A DNA stretch of 63,164 nt, filler included, from Klebsormidium nitens (GCA_000708835.1; 7 parts of 7 records of this genome joined end to end with filler, not necessarily neighbours in it), one strand, 5' to 3'; counted from the whole stretch's first letter, positions 46,651 through 60,687 are shown. Notes: a model not told the origin generated them from the letters alone. Numbers and translations are program-made.

Positions 46651-47836
46651 TTATGCTCAAAAAGACTGAGAGGCAGGGCGCCTCTTTCTGAATTACCGAC
46701 CTACCGAAACTGGAAATGAATCCGAAAAGACGAATATGATGCCTTTTATAGTCCGAATTTCAGCGCAGGTCGGCTCCAGTCTATAATTTTAACGAGTTGC
46801 AGCCTAGACCGCAGCCTAGACTGCCCAGACCGCTTAGACTGCAGCCTAGACAGCAGCCAAGACAGGGTGACGTTGCCGATACGTGTCAGGTTGTGATTCG
46901 TCAAGGTTAAGCATTGTGACACGTGGCAGAGTATAATGGCGACAAGTGTCAATGTATCTGACGTAGCAACGCACTGTGACTTTGGTATTGCGCGCGCGAA
47001 GTCCGCGCTGTTGAGGGAGGCCGACGCGGGCGCCGAGCGACATTGGGGCCGACGCGGCCGGGGCGCGACAATAGGCAGGTGCGCACACGCGCGATATTAT
47101 ACTTGAGAGGCTGACGCGCGCGGTCAGGCGCCAAAATGCCGCGGCGGCAACGATTCGCGACATGTTGGTATGTACCTTAAAGGTACCGGGGGGCGATATG
47201 GGTACCTGAGCTAGTGACCGTACACGTGGAGCATGATCTATCAGCTACATTCTCGGAGGACCAATCACATTGCACTTATGGATTCTCCAAGAGGACGGGG
47301 GATGTGGTTTGTACCGTCAGGGGCAGAAGTAGTGACGGTGCGTACCTACTTAAGGATTTGAGGGTACCGGGGGTCGCCACGTCCCTAAGTTTCGACGCCG
47401 AAGCTTTATACTTAGGCACTTGAGCGTACCGTCGGCGGTCTAGTCCCTAAGTTCGGTCGGTGGTCGTTGTAGTTGACAAACCCTAAAACGCCCCGTATAA
47501 GGACATGATTCGATTTCGATGTTTATGACCCTAAGGTAGGCAACACCCCCTAAGGTGGGGTAGGGGGCCACAATGGCAGGGATTGTGGACCCAATCGGCC
47601 TCATGGCCGGAATCTTCTCTTTTTTCGTCTCTTCTGCTGCCTTCTTTCGAGCAGCATTGTGGGCGGAAATGTCGTAGTTGCAACCCTCACAAGTATTCCT
47701 TCGGATATGATTGATAGACTGTGCTGGGCAGCCCCGNNNNNNNNNNNNNNNNNNNNNNNNNNNNNNNNNNNNNNNNNNNNTTAATTAATTAANNNNNNNN
47801 NNNNNNNNNNNNNNNNNNNNNNNNNNNNNNNNNNNN

Positions 47837-50690
47837 ACAGGGGGTTATGTTGGCGATGCACGTCAGTTTTTCAGGGACACTATGATTCGGGGCTATGGTC
47901 TACGTACCCCCATTCAGTCCTATTGGGATACCTGGAACAAGTTGTCCCAGGGGTCCAAGAGTGTGGACGACTACAACATCGAGTTCGAACAGGCTCTGGT
48001 GAACCTGCGAGCTGAGATTACGGATGAGGCTGTTAAGATCGAGAGGTATCGATCTGGCCTACAGGCCGATGTTAGGGAGATGTGTCGTACGTCGCCCACT
48101 GGTCAGCGTTGGGGCACTCTGAATGAGTTGGCTGAGTATGCCACTCTTATGTGGCCCGTTGTGGAAACGCGTTTGGCCAAGCGGAAGACTTCCCAGCCTG
48201 CCAAGTCGGTGGCTGGAAAGCGTAAGGCTACTGGGGGTGGTTCTGGACGTTCCCAAGGCCAAATTGTCGGCAGCTCTTACTGATGAGCAGTATGCCAACG
48301 ATATGGAGAACCGCCTCTGCCATATCTGCCACAAGCCAGGCCATATTGCACGTGACTGCGAGGAAGGTCCTCCCAGTGGAAGCAAGAACAAGGGCCAAGG
48401 CCAGAAGAAGGGCAAGAAGTAGGAGAAGGGTTTTCAGAAAGACTAGCCAACGTAGGACAGTTGCCTAGTCAGGAGAACTCTGTATTGGATCTGACAGAAC
48501 AGGACTTCCTGAATATTTCAAATCTTACTGGTCGTATCTTTGAAATGGGAGTTCAACGTTCAGAAGATTCCATCTCTACAGATGTATGTCCTAGCTCAGT
48601 CTTTCTGTCATCGTCTATGGCAAGCAAGCATGTATGGATAAATGCGAGTACAGCTAAGGATGTTACTGAACGTCTTAGGCACATGCACTCTGCATTAGTT
48701 GAGAACCCTACTTCTACGTCTGCTTGTGTGTTAGTACGTGATAGCATGCCGGTTGCATTGCCATTACTGAAGGATTTTCGTGTTGTGCTGACAGTTCCAA
48801 AAGGTGGGTTGGTTCGACAGTTGCAGTCAGATAACATGTGGGCTGTTGTGCGAAGTTCTGAGAAATTGCGAGTTCTATATCTTGCTTCTGTTGCTGACAA
48901 AGTGTCTGTTGAAGCAGGTTTGCTGACAAGCAAGATTCTCGCAGCTTCACGAAAGGGCTCAGCTAAGTTGCCACGAATGATGTTTTCCGGTAAGGCAGCT
49001 GCTCAGAAGGCCAACATCTTGTTTGATTCTGGAGCATCAATGAATTTTGTCTCTGCCAAATTTGCTAAGCAGACATGCATAACGGTAAGTCCTATTGCTC
49101 AGAAAGTTCGTCTGGCAGATGACGTTGTTGGCNNNNNNNNNNNNNNNNNNNNNNNNNNNNNNNNNNNNNNNNNNNNNNNNNNNNNNNNNNNNNNNNNNNN
49201 NNNNNNNNNNNNNNNNNNNNNNNNNNNNNNNNNNNNNNNNNNNNNNNNNNNNNNNNNNNNNNNNNNNNNNNNNNNNNNNNNNNNNNNNNNNNNNNNNNNN
49301 NNNNNNNNNNNNNNNNNNNNNNNNNNNNNNNNNNNNNNNNNNNNNNNNNNNNNNNNNNNNNNNNNNNNNNNNNNNNNNNNNNNNNNNNNNNNNNNNNNNN
49401 NNNNNNNNNNNNNNNNNNNNNNNNNNNNNNTGAAGCAGGTTTGCTAACAAGCAAGATTCTCGCAGCTTCACGAAAGGGCTCAGCTAAGTTGCCACGAATG
49501 ATGTTTTCTGGTAAGGCAGCTGCTCAGAAGGCCAACATCTTGTTTGATTCTGGAGCGTCAGTGAATTTTGTCTCTGCCAAATTTGCTAAGCAGACAGGCA
49601 TAACGGTAAGTTCTACTGCTCAGAAAGTTCGTCTGGCAGATGACGTTGTTGGCGAGATCCTGGGTGAGGCAACTGTGTATGTGCAGTTAGGAGCGTTTCA
49701 CAAGCCTGTGAAATGCTATGTCATGAACCTGTTGTTCGAGGTTGATCTTATCTTGGGAGATGAGTTCATGACTAGATATAACTGCATTCTGCATTATGGC
49801 AAAAGTGTTGTCATGATCCAGAAAGGGAAAAGACATTTGACTGTGCGAAGTCCTCCTCTTCTTCGTTCACGTTCTGACGATGATGAGAAGTCTAATCCCG
49901 ATGTGTTGTCACATTCGCAGCTGAAGCGGCTGATGAAGCGTGGCGCAAGCGTGTACCTGGCATCATTGAAGCCGATTGGTCCAGACGCTGCCACGTGTTC
50001 TACTGCTGCCACGTGTGCTACCAGTACCGTAGCAGGCTCTGGAATTGGGGGCAACCAAGATCATGCCACTACTCTGTCTGAGCCAACCGTACAACCAGCC
50101 CAACCGAGCGACCCAGTCTCAAGTGAGAAGAAATGGGTTTCTGATTTGCTGTCTGAGTTTTCTGACGTGTTTCAGGATCCTCTTCCGGTTGGTCTGCCTC
50201 CTGAACGTGCAGAAGGTCATAGTATTCCTGCTGAGCCAGGGCATCCACCTACGTTTCGGCAGATGTACCGTTTATCTCCGTTGGAATATCGTGAGTTGGA
50301 AAAATAGGTCACTGCGTTTTTACAAGCGGGAATTCTGGAAGTGCCTCAGTCCCCGTATGGTGCGCCTGTGTTGTTTGTCCCTAAGCCTAACGGGCGTGGT
50401 CTTCGTCTGTGTGTTGATTATCGAGCGTTAAACTCGATAACTGTGAAGAATCGCTGTACGATTCCTCGCATTGACGATCTGTTGGATGCTATAAGTGGTT
50501 CGCAGTATTTCACCTCATTGGATCTGACGTCAGGTTATCATCAGATTCTGATTTCTGAGGAGGATCGTCCGAAGACAGCGTTTCGTACGCCTTTCGGGCA
50601 CTTTCAGTTTAAGGTGTTGATTGAGAGTCTGACGAATGCTCCGGCGACGTTTCAGACTGTTATGAATTCTGTAACGATTACGACTGGTTA
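47837..50690 (+). mobile_element. Degenerate Ty3/gypsy retrotransposon (gag, protease, partial RT)
   Basis: Gag (SVDDYNIEF...YRSGL) and knuckle CHICHKPGHIARDC; protease ILFDSGAS; RT LRLCVDYRALN...YFTSLDLTSGYHQI...KTAFRTPFGHFQF...NAPATFQ. Frameshifts and premature stops; truncated before the YxDD motif. Confidence 0.92.
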
Positions 50691-51072
50691 AGCCTAACCT
50701 CGTTCTCGACAAGATTTCGTTGACCACGAGTTAGCGAAACGGCGGTGGTTACGTCTTAACGACGCACTGCGTGGCTGTCTGCAAGATGGCGTAATATCCC
50801 GGATGGATCGGCTTCTGTGAGCCGATGTCACCGTTCAGGATAAGTTGTGTTCGGCTTCGCCGTTCGATGCAGCCAAGCTTATCTGTGTTCTGCACAGCTT
50901 GCGTGGCTGGTCTTGTCAAAGGTAGTGGACAAGAGAGAGCTATACGATTAGCCGCATAATCCACGTTGTATGNNNNNNNNNNNNNNNNNNNNNNNNNNNN
51001 NNNNNNNNNNNNNNNNTTAATTAATTAANNNNNNNNNNNNNNNNNNNNNNNNNNNNNNNNNNNNNNNNNNNN

Positions 51073-52890
51073 GCACGGGAGCGCGTGGCACGCAAGAAGG
51101 TCGCGTTCGCGTACTGCAGGGCGGAGGACATGAAAGGCGGACATCATGATCAAGGCGCTGGCACCGGGCAAGTTCAAGAAGTGCAAGAGCGAGATAGGAA
51201 TCGCATAGTCATTAGTATTTGGGAGATTAATGACATACGGGCATTTACTGACCGAATCTCTGAATGATTCTGGGTTTTAGGATCACGACGTCGACGGTAA
51301 TTCGACGGTAACTTGTAGTTACGGTTACACGGTTAAATGCGCGCGGGTTACAGTGTTACACCCGGATGACTTCGCGATAACCGTCGGCATTGTCTAGGTT
51401 CGATAATAGCCGTCGAAGTACGATATAGAGTGAAACTTTCGGACTTACTAGGTGACGGTCCACTGAGCCTACTAGGCTAGAGTGTAGATCTAGAGATAGG
51501 CCGTGACTCGGAACACTCCATATACATCGGGTGAACTTGATTGATTGAGTGTCACTTCGGAAAGCGTTGTGTTTCGACGGATTATGCCGAAGCTTTTTGG
51601 CGCATGAGCAGGGGTTTGTGGAGTCGCCCAAGGAAAAGGGCGATGGTGGGTCGGACTCCGCAGTGGCCTATGTGGCCGGGCGGAAAGGGAAGGAGAAACT
51701 TTACGGCAAGTATGAGAGCCGGGGCAAAGGGCCCAAATGCTATGATTGCGGGGATTTCGGTTCCATTGCCCGGAAGTGCAGCAAGCCGAACAAGCGGGAG
51801 CACAAGCGGGAGAAAAAGAAGGGGGATAAACCTTTAAAAGGTGTGGCCTTTGGCGTTATTGAGGTGTGTCTCCCGACGAGTGGCTCGTCGATTCGGGTAC
51901 CTATTAACACTTAACTGGGGACAAGAGCTATTTGAGAACCTCGAAATGTTCCGAGGGAGTGGCCGAGAATTCACGTTCGGGGACAAAGGAACCCTATAGG
52001 CAAAGGGGAGCGGCTTGGTAGGCCTGCGGTGTGCGACACCGACTGGAGAAAGTCTGGTCACTCTGCAGAACGTGATGTATGTTCCGTGGGTGACGGCGAA
52101 TTTGATTTCGGTAAGCAAGGCCATTGTGGTTGCGTCAGTGCTACTCAAGAAGAACGGCAACTACGAACTTGAGGTTGACGGGGAGGTAGTCCTTGTCGCT
52201 CGGAGAGTGAAGGGGGTCTATGTGAGGAATCGGGCGGAGAGGGACACGTGCTTCCTTGTGAAAATGCCGGAAACAGCAGAATTGTGGCACCGACGTTGGA
52301 ATACGCCCGGTACGACTTGGCGAAAATGGTCAGGGCGACCTCGTGAAAGGGGTCGGGGTGAAACCGAGTGCGTTTCGGGCGCTCGAAAGCTCGGTGTGTG
52401 AATCCTGCATAATGTGGACGCAAACCAGGCTCCCCTTCCCCGAATCGGTGAGCACGGAGTCTCTTGAGCTAGTAGTCCACATGGACGTCTGCGGGCAAAG
52501 CCAGCAGCCGCCTTAGGGGGAAGCCGGTACTTTGCCACATTCTTCGACGACTACAGCAAACTCTCGGTTGTAATCCCCATGAAGCAGAAGAGCGAGGTGG
52601 CCAAGGTCACTGAGCACGTGATCAACCGCTTGGAGTTGCAATTGGGGACTTTGCTCAAGTTGGTGCGGACGGACCGGGGGCAAGGAGTACCTCAACAATG
52701 CCCTTGAAGACATTTACGGGGGTAAGGGGACGGTACACGAGAAAACCGCCCCCTACAGTGCCGAGCACAATGGGTCGGCGGAACGGATCAACCGGGATTA
52801 GGAGGAGAAGACCCAAGCAATGCTTGAGGACTCGGGGTTGGCCAAAGAGTTGTGGGCGGAAGCCGTAGTGACGGCCAACTACCCCGGAAC
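51073..52890 (+). mobile_element. Degenerate Ty1/copia retrotransposon (gag knuckle, protease, integrase)
   Basis: CYDCGDFGSIARKC, WLVDSG, NVMYVP...NLISVS, ELWHRR, VHMDVCG, FFDDYSK, VRTDRG, APYSAEHNGSAER...LWAEAVVTANY, spread over several frames. Confidence 0.88.
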
Positions 52891-54549
52891 CTGACGCCTG
52901 TGAGCGCCTTTCAAGTCAAGCACAAGTACTAGGAATGAGTGACGTACATAAGTCAATGGTCCAAGTAATGAATTCGTGGCTAGGTCTATTTGGTCGAGTC
53001 CAACTCTAGCTTTATGTGAGTTAGCTCAAATATCAACGGCCTAGGGGGTAAATACCACTACTAGAGGTAACTGCCAGTGAAGTAGGTGCCAATGGGGTAA
53101 TTACCAGTGGGGTAAATGCGAGTGGGTAATTACCACTCTATCAAACTCAATGAAACGGTAACGAAATCATCTAGGATCTTAGGGCGTACTCACACAATAG
53201 TGGTACTACCTAAATCCAACAACAACAACATCAAACCAATTCTGTATGCATTTTACCTCGGGTTGGGTCGCCGTAATTGGCTCGATAGCCGGTTTTCGAA
53301 AATGACCATTATATTTTCTAATGAAACGAGGTAAATGCAATAGCAGCTTTTGTATTCGGCCCCAAATCTGTGAGATTCATAGTACGCATGACGAAGCTCT
53401 GGCAGCTCTCCTCAATTTCGAAACTGATAAAAGCTCCCGGCCTCGATAAAATTCTCATACGAGACACCGAAGAAAGGTGGTCAACTGATATTTTCTTTAG
53501 CCTAAGTCTTATCGAATCTTATCCTACACTTGCATGTAGGCTCGCCAGTCTAGCAACAAACTATGATTCTTCCAATCTTTGACGAAGGTGGGCTTGAGCC
53601 TCTCAAGGCTTAGCTCATTTAGGCTAAAACATCACTAACATTTTGCGCCGTCTAAATTATGTGACAAAGTTTTGCTGCATCGCATGGAGATTTGGAACGT
53701 TCTACAAAAGGAGCAGGCCGGCTTCCGAAAAAAAAATGTTGTACACTTCAGCAAGCCTTTATATTACTTCGGGAGAGATCCTTTGTTAAAATCCTAACAG
53801 AAGAACGATCAGATGCTGTACGCCCTTATATATATGCCTCATCGTCCGCAGGTGTGATTCGTAGGTGTGATGCATAATATTGACCGTAAGATTGTGGATC
53901 TACTCGGTAGTATATCAAATGTAAGATCGTGGAGTTGCTACATTTGATTGGCCGTACGACACGGTATTTTTTCAACTGTAGGATCGCAAGGTCATGCATG
54001 AGATCAGCCGTACGATCTTAAACTTGCATATTACTATTCCCACTGCAGGGAGTAAACTGTACGATCGTAACTTGAGTAGTACCAGTGGTAATACACTTTC
54101 GTGTAGCCGTCATGCATGCCTTGCAACAATTTTCTATGATGGTCTTCTTTAGTACACCGTAGTCAATGCGGCCATAGGCTTCTCATGGCATACAAGTTTG
54201 TGTTTTTGAGCGATTGAGTGGATTTAAGGCACAGACGAGTTACATCGAGATTTGCATGCGTGCATCCCCTCAGGTGTGACTTGTGCTGGATATTCCCAAA
54301 CAAAGTCGCGCAAATGAAGTATTCCTTGAACAACACACCAGGTGGCAAAGAAATATTATTGGTTTGGAGAAAAGTCACATCGTCGAATGTTCATGTAGCG
54401 CTCAAGTTCATTCATGGTTCAAGGTATGCACAAATACCGCAATTCGTGCTGGTCTTTAGGGATTTTACGGATTCACATAATTATTGCTCATGATAGCTCA
54501 TGAAGGGTGTTGTTACCCTTAGCTCGTGCGTGTGACAACTTGGAAAAAT

Positions 54550-57500
54550 GTCGTGACCTACTTTCGAATCATCAAAGACGAAGCTCGATGAACGAGACTT
54601 AGTAGTAATTCTGTTGAAACTCATGGAGAGGGACTCGTAGTGTAAAAAAGTTCTTCGTCATCGGGTCTTCTCGTCTTGGCCGGCACCCATTGCCATCATT
54701 CATTGATGACAGTCATGCATCCTAAAAGGAACACACGAAGCGCATCACAAGCGGCTTCCTTTCCCTACATTCTCTTAGAATGATGTATCACATCAATATA
54801 ATTTCTCTCCGCTATTGTATCATGGGTGTCCCAAGTTGCACTAGGCTCACTAGCCTCCTAGGCTTACTAGCCTAAATCGAATACTACTAGGCTTACTAGC
54901 CTAGCTCACAATCACACTCAATCTAATCATCTACGGCTTACACTGACGGTCGCTCTCAACGCCTAACCTCCGAATCGCCTAGCGCTCTAACCGCCTAACG
55001 GCCGTGCAAGCACGCCGGCGCTCATCAGTTCAAATCCTAACTTGAGTCGAACCCTAAGCACTTAGTAATTTGGCTGACCATGATCACCTAATTCAAACAC
55101 TCCCATTCAGACGAATCACTTTAAGCCTCTAATCCGTCATGCTTTTCTTGCGGTCTGTCTTCTTCGCCTTTGGTATCACCCACACGCCTCCACGATGGCC
55201 ACCACCGCTCTCCTGGTGCCGCACTGCGTCGCTTTTCCCTGACGACGTCTTCTCCACCCCGTGCCCCAGCTCTTCGGCTCCCACGGCTTCCGTTGCTGCG
55301 CTAACGTTCGCTTGATACCACTATTGTAAGTACGGACCGTGATGACGTCACGAGTCCCGTACTTAAATCAAGCGCGCTACCAACTAGACTATCCTCGCCT
55401 TTTTGCGCAGCCAGTCGCAAAACTTTTCGTTCTCGCTGGGAATCGAACCCAGTCCGGTCGCCGCATCTTTGTTAAAAGTATTAACGCGCTGCCACCGGCG
55501 CCAGTGTAGCCCGAGTGGCAGTGCGCAAATAGTTTCTAACAACCACTCGGCCGGCTCCTGTCGCACTTTCGCCAGATATCTTCCCAACTCATGGGACTCC
55601 ACTACAGGCTTCTTCGTTGCCTGTTCCACATTGGCGGGCTTGCTTTCTACTGCCGTTGCCGTGCGTTATGTGGCTATTGCCGGTCCTCATCGGGTCCAGC
55701 GGAACGCAATGAACTCTGAGTCCGGAGAGGCGAGTCATGTCGCACTCCGGCGTTCCCTCTGGTACTATCTCTCCGCATCTAGCCATGCAAAAATATTTTG
55801 GCGTAAAACGGCTAGGACCCGCGATTACGCTCTCACTTAAATGCCACGTAATGGCGCAACAGTATGGTGCTTGCTCAATGGATAGTCATGGATAGATAAA
55901 ACATAATAGCACGTGCATTCCACACCATGCTATGACTTCTCACACATTGCTCCGGCCCCAATGACTCGCATGCCAAGAAGACACCCATGCCAAGCCCGTC
56001 ATACTCACATCCCCGGTTGCTGAATGCTCACGTCCTTCTCACATTCTCGGGCCATTGTCCTTACAAGGAAGCTCGAGGAGAACTTGCAACTTGGGAAGTG
56101 GGTCACACCAATCTTGAAGCAAGTAGATATACTACTACTACCACCTAGCCGGAGGTTCAATCACTCGGCTACAGATTTACTCGACTGGAGGTCTGGCTAC
56201 TGGCCGAAGGTCAACTACTATCAACCCTTGCATGAGGTCTCCTGTTGGATCATCTGACCTCGGTATAGCTTAGCCTAGGATGGCGGCATGATACATGGTT
56301 CGCTCCATGTTCGCATTCTCTTGATTTCGCATTCGCATCAAGAAAGAGAATTTTATCATAGACATTACATGCACATTTCATTCGCTATTGGGATATGTGA
56401 AGATCGTTTGTTCAAATGAATATGCAGCAATCACAATGGGATGGGCATTCGCCATCACCCTCGGGATGATGCAAAGCACGTTCACANNNNNNNNNNNNNN
56501 NNNNNNNNNNNNNNNNNNNNNNNNNNNNNNTTAATTAATTAANNNNNNNNNNNNNNNNNNNNNNNNNNNNNNNNNNNNNNNNNNNNACAAGGTGAATCTC
56601 AACAATGCGCCAACGTCCAGCCGATGCATGGAGGCGTGGATCGCTACCCAATCAGCAGCGGCCGCGCAGCTGTGCAGCTTGGCGCAGGCGCTAACTCAAG
56701 ACCAGTCACCTAGTGTACTTGCTAGATTACAACTAGGCAGATTGCCAGCCTAGCTCATTCTCAAACTCTGCTTGCAAGTTGAATTCAACTTGAGCATAGA
56801 GATTGTTTTGCCCGCCCGCCGCTCCCAAACATTCGGATCATGGGGAATTGTGGTGAGTTTCCGACTGCGGTGGAGTTAGAGTAGTAGAGCTTAGGTGTAA
56901 GATCCTGAGCGATGCGAGTACGATAACCCTTAAAGGAGGTCCGGCATGCTTCAAGGGAAGGGCGGATTTTTTTGCTCTAGCGCACCGACGCGGGAGCATG
57001 AGTGGTGCTCGAGGGGAGAACCGCGCGCGCAAATTGAAACAGATGGCGCCAGTCCATATGAAGGCAGTCAAGCGTGGAGGACTGTCGGACATCTTGACCG
57101 TGGGACGGCAGAGGGCATTGAGGACCGGTCAAGAAGGACTAGGTGTGCGCAACGGCAGGGAGGCGGTAAAAGCGGAAAGCCTGGTGCAAAGGACGGTAAA
57201 GGTCGTGGAGATCGACTAGACGGGTCGCACGACGAGAATTGGGGCGTCAAACGAAAGCAGGAAACCTTTGTGCGAGGGGATGAGGTGCCGCGCACAGATT
57301 CACAAAAGTTCAAAAATGGGGCGGAGTTTGAAAGGACGCGCGAGAGAGTCGCACTTGCGCCGCGCCGCATGCACAGATTCAAAAGTAGGCCAATGTGGGT
57401 CGATTTGGAAGTGATGCGCGAAGTTGTCACGGAGTCCAATGACATTCAAATAGGCAACAAGAGCTCAGAGACGGCGGTAGACAGCGAGCCCGCCGGTGTG

Positions 57501-60440
57501 CAACGGAGACGCTTGTAGTGGAGTCTTGAAAAATGGGACATCGTCGTGAGAGTGCGACAGGAGCCCGCCGAGTGGTATTGGACACATGTGGGCGCACCGA
57601 CCGAAGGCGTGGGAGCCAGACAGTCGGAGCACGGAGTGGGAAAGACGTCGTCAAAGAAAAGCGACGCAGTACGCAGTAAGCTTAGAGAGCGAGGTTTATC
57701 AAAAATGGAGGCGTGTGGGTGACGCCAAAAATCAAGAAAGCGGCCCGTAAGTGCAGCGCGAGCAGGACTTAGAGTAGTCGTCTGAATGGGAGTTTTTAGA
57801 ATTCGGTGATTATGGTCAGCCGAATTTCTTTGTCATTAGGGTTCGACCAAAATAAGCTTCAAACGCCGGTATGCGTGCACGACGATTAGGCGATGAAACC
57901 GTCAAGCAGTTCGGAGGTTAGGCGGTTGAGAGGACTGTCAATGTAAGCCGCAGATGAAATTTTCGAAAGCTAGATTGAGCGGCTGCACCGAATAGAGAAG
58001 CGCGCTTTATGGCGGCTGTTGGGCTGGCCCTCAGCAGGTGGTAGATGGAAGACCCTTGTTTTTTTCAACAAAGTACGCTCCTGGCTGCTGTTCATTGAGT
58101 GTCCCTTGCCATTGCCCGGAGTTGCTCCCCGCTGCTATTCTATCTAAAAGGTGTTGCCCCATGAGAACCATGAAATTAAAGCGTGCTTTGATGGCTACTC
58201 TTCATTGAGTGTCCCAAGAAGCTCCGTTTGTACTTTGCTATGATGTAAAGCGTTTCTGTAGATGCTCTTTGTTGAGTGTCCATTAGTATGATAAAGCTCT
58301 CAATAAACATGTGATCTCCTCATTGTTGTTCTAGGTTTCAGCAGACCTTTTCCACAGCGTTCTTTCAACTGGTTTCAATGCTTTCAGTCAAGCCTACCAG
58401 CTTGCTGTTCTTGCTCAGCCCGCCAAACCTGTCGCATTCAAAACATTGCTATTAAGCAGTCAAGCTGAGGCATATTCAAGAATGACGAACATTCAAAGTT
58501 TGCTTTTCAAATTGAGCCTCTTGCAAAGATTCAGTCTTGATCAACAGTTCTTCACGATGGGGTGCGCGAGTATCTTGTATCGAAGGGAGGGGCCGGGGCA
58601 AGTGCTCGGAGTTTTCCCCTGTACCACAGAACCTCAAGTTGGTCATCCAAAGTGGGGCGTCAGTTAGGGGTTCGCCCTTCCTGCCTGCGGGCGAAGGGGC
58701 TTTGATAGACTCCCAAACGTCAAAGCTAGATTTTAGCGTCCTCTGAGCTAGGTTAGTGAGCTTGGTAGTGTGTGACCAAGGCCAGTGAGCCAAGTAGGCT
58801 AGTGAGCCTAATTTGGAACGGGAGAGACCCGTAAAACATATAGTGGTGGAAACTACTAATGTGATACATCATTCCGAGAGAAGTTTGTAAGCAGAACGAA
58901 GCTGCTTGTTAGGCGCTTCGTGTGTTTTTTTGAGGATGCATGGCTGCCATCAATCAGTGATGAGCATGGGTGCCGGGCAACACGATAAGACACAATGACG
59001 ATTGATTTCAACTACACTACGATTGCCTTGTTGAGAAACGGAGTTGATTGACGGCCAAATTTGCGTTAGGCTTGATAATTTTGAGCCGTAGATCCTGAGT
59101 TGTTGTCGTGTAATCTTGACCGCAAGATTGTGGTTTGAGTCGTGTACTTTCGACCGCAGAATCATAAGTTTGTGTCGTTGAGTATCGACCGTCGAATTGC
59201 GTGTTGACTCGAATTGTGGATCGTTGATGTGAGTCGACTCGAATAGTAAACCCCGACCACTAACAGTACGGTACTACCAACCACTAGTAGTATAGTGCCC
59301 CAATCACAAAGTCCCAGTGGAATACAGGACCGTATTGTGAGTACTAGAGTGACCGGTTCATGGAAAGGAGTCCATATAGTGAACCGACTAGTGGGTGGTG
59401 GAAGTAGACCCGACTTAGGCTACAGTACACTAAGCTACGGGATTGAAGTGACCTTGGACTCATGTCATGTGATGATATTCATTCTAAGAGATGCTTGAAT
59501 GGAGAAAGGCGCTTCTTTGTGAGGGCGCTTACGGGTGAGGGTGGTTAGACTCTAGCTTGTGACAAGCATGAGGAAATGATTTCAAAATGCCTCACCATGA
59601 GTTTCAACACCAACCAATTCAGACCCCCTCGAAGACGCATTCTATTGTTCATATGGTGATAAAAAAATCGATGCTAACTCGCAAATCGTACCGTCGATCA
59701 TCGGACCTCTAGTCTCAATCGACCCGCTCCAAACAACCAAACGATGTCATGGCGTACTTAGCGAGTATTTTGCGGGAGTCCAACAGATTGAGAAGGGTTG
59801 AATAATACCCCCTAAAAGCGAGTGGTTAGAAAGGGTCGGATGCAAGCGAGATTGTCGTTTTGGAGAGTGTTGAGACATAGGGTAACTTGACAGCTAAATC
59901 TGTAAGATCTTTGAGCGGATTGGCTACGCTACTTCTGCTCTAGTACCCCTCACTCAATCTGGCCGATTGGCCGTGGTTTGAGGTCCAATGATCGACGGTA
60001 CGAATTGCGGGCTATTTGTTAAGTTCTATGTTTTTTATGAACCATAGGATGCGTCTTCCGGTTAGTCCCGATGTTGTCCGGATTGAAACGAATTGGCACG
60101 ACTTGCTACGAGCGTCTTATTGACGATCAATACTTGAGGATGGAAGTTTCCGGATTTACAATGTATCAGATTGTGTGGGCCCTTAGATTGAATCTTGGCA
60201 AATCCACGAGATTTGTTTCAAGTGTGCCAATGCGTGCCAAAGCGTTTCTCAATAATACTTGTTAGAATCCGGTGATTATGGTCAGCCGGATTACTCCGTG
60301 ATTAGGGTTCGGACCGAGTTAGGGTTTGAACTAGTGAGCGCCGGCGTGCGTGCACAGCGGTTAGGCGGTTGACCTTGGAGGTTAGGCGGTTGAGAGGGCC
60401 GCCGATATGGAGCCGTAGATGAGGATATCGATAGCTATGA
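54550..60440. repeat. Dispersed non-coding repeat family in opposite orientations
   Basis: 54900-55300 is a diverged reverse complement of 57590-57980 and of 60265-60440 (GGTGATTATGGTCAGCCG, ATTAGGGTTCG, GGAGGTTAGGCGGTTGAGAG). 54700-54790 mirrors 58860-58950. Confidence 0.7.
59679..60009. mobile_element. MITE-like element bounded by ~30-bp inverted repeats
   Basis: CGCAAATCGTACCGTCGATCATCGGACCTC versus the reverse complement of GAGGTCCAATGATCGACGGTACGAATTGCG (2 mismatches). No coding capacity; TSD not established. Confidence 0.5.
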
Positions 60441-60687
60441 TTNNNNNNNNNNNNNNNNNNNNNNNNNNNNNNNNNNNNNNNNNNNNTTAATTAATTAANN
60501 NNNNNNNNNNNNNNNNNNNNNNNNNNNNNNNNNNNNNNNNNNTCGGGGCTCAGACACTTAGGGAGAGGCCGTCGAGTCCAGAAGGCAAGTTCGAGGGCCC
60601 GGGAAATACGGGCCGGGTAGCAGGAGGCAGGTGGAGGCGCACGGGACTTAGGAAGATCCGGCCCCCTCAGAGTAGGCCAAGGAAGGG

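Larger units (their letters stand above)
14664..60498. other. Artificial scaffold linkers TTAATTAATTAA inside ~100-N gaps
   Basis: Identical 12-mer with stops in all six frames at 14664, 37918, 47781, 51017, 56531 and 60487. Confidence 0.95.

Noticed and set aside
48900-49660. Tandem duplication of the retroviral protease domain
   Set aside because: The two ~220-bp copies flank a gap and differ at only a few sites; more likely an unmerged contig overlap or two element copies.
56946-57518. 190-aa ORF and neighbouring short ORFs at 53-59 kb
   Set aside because: No recognisable domain; embedded in degenerate repeat DNA.
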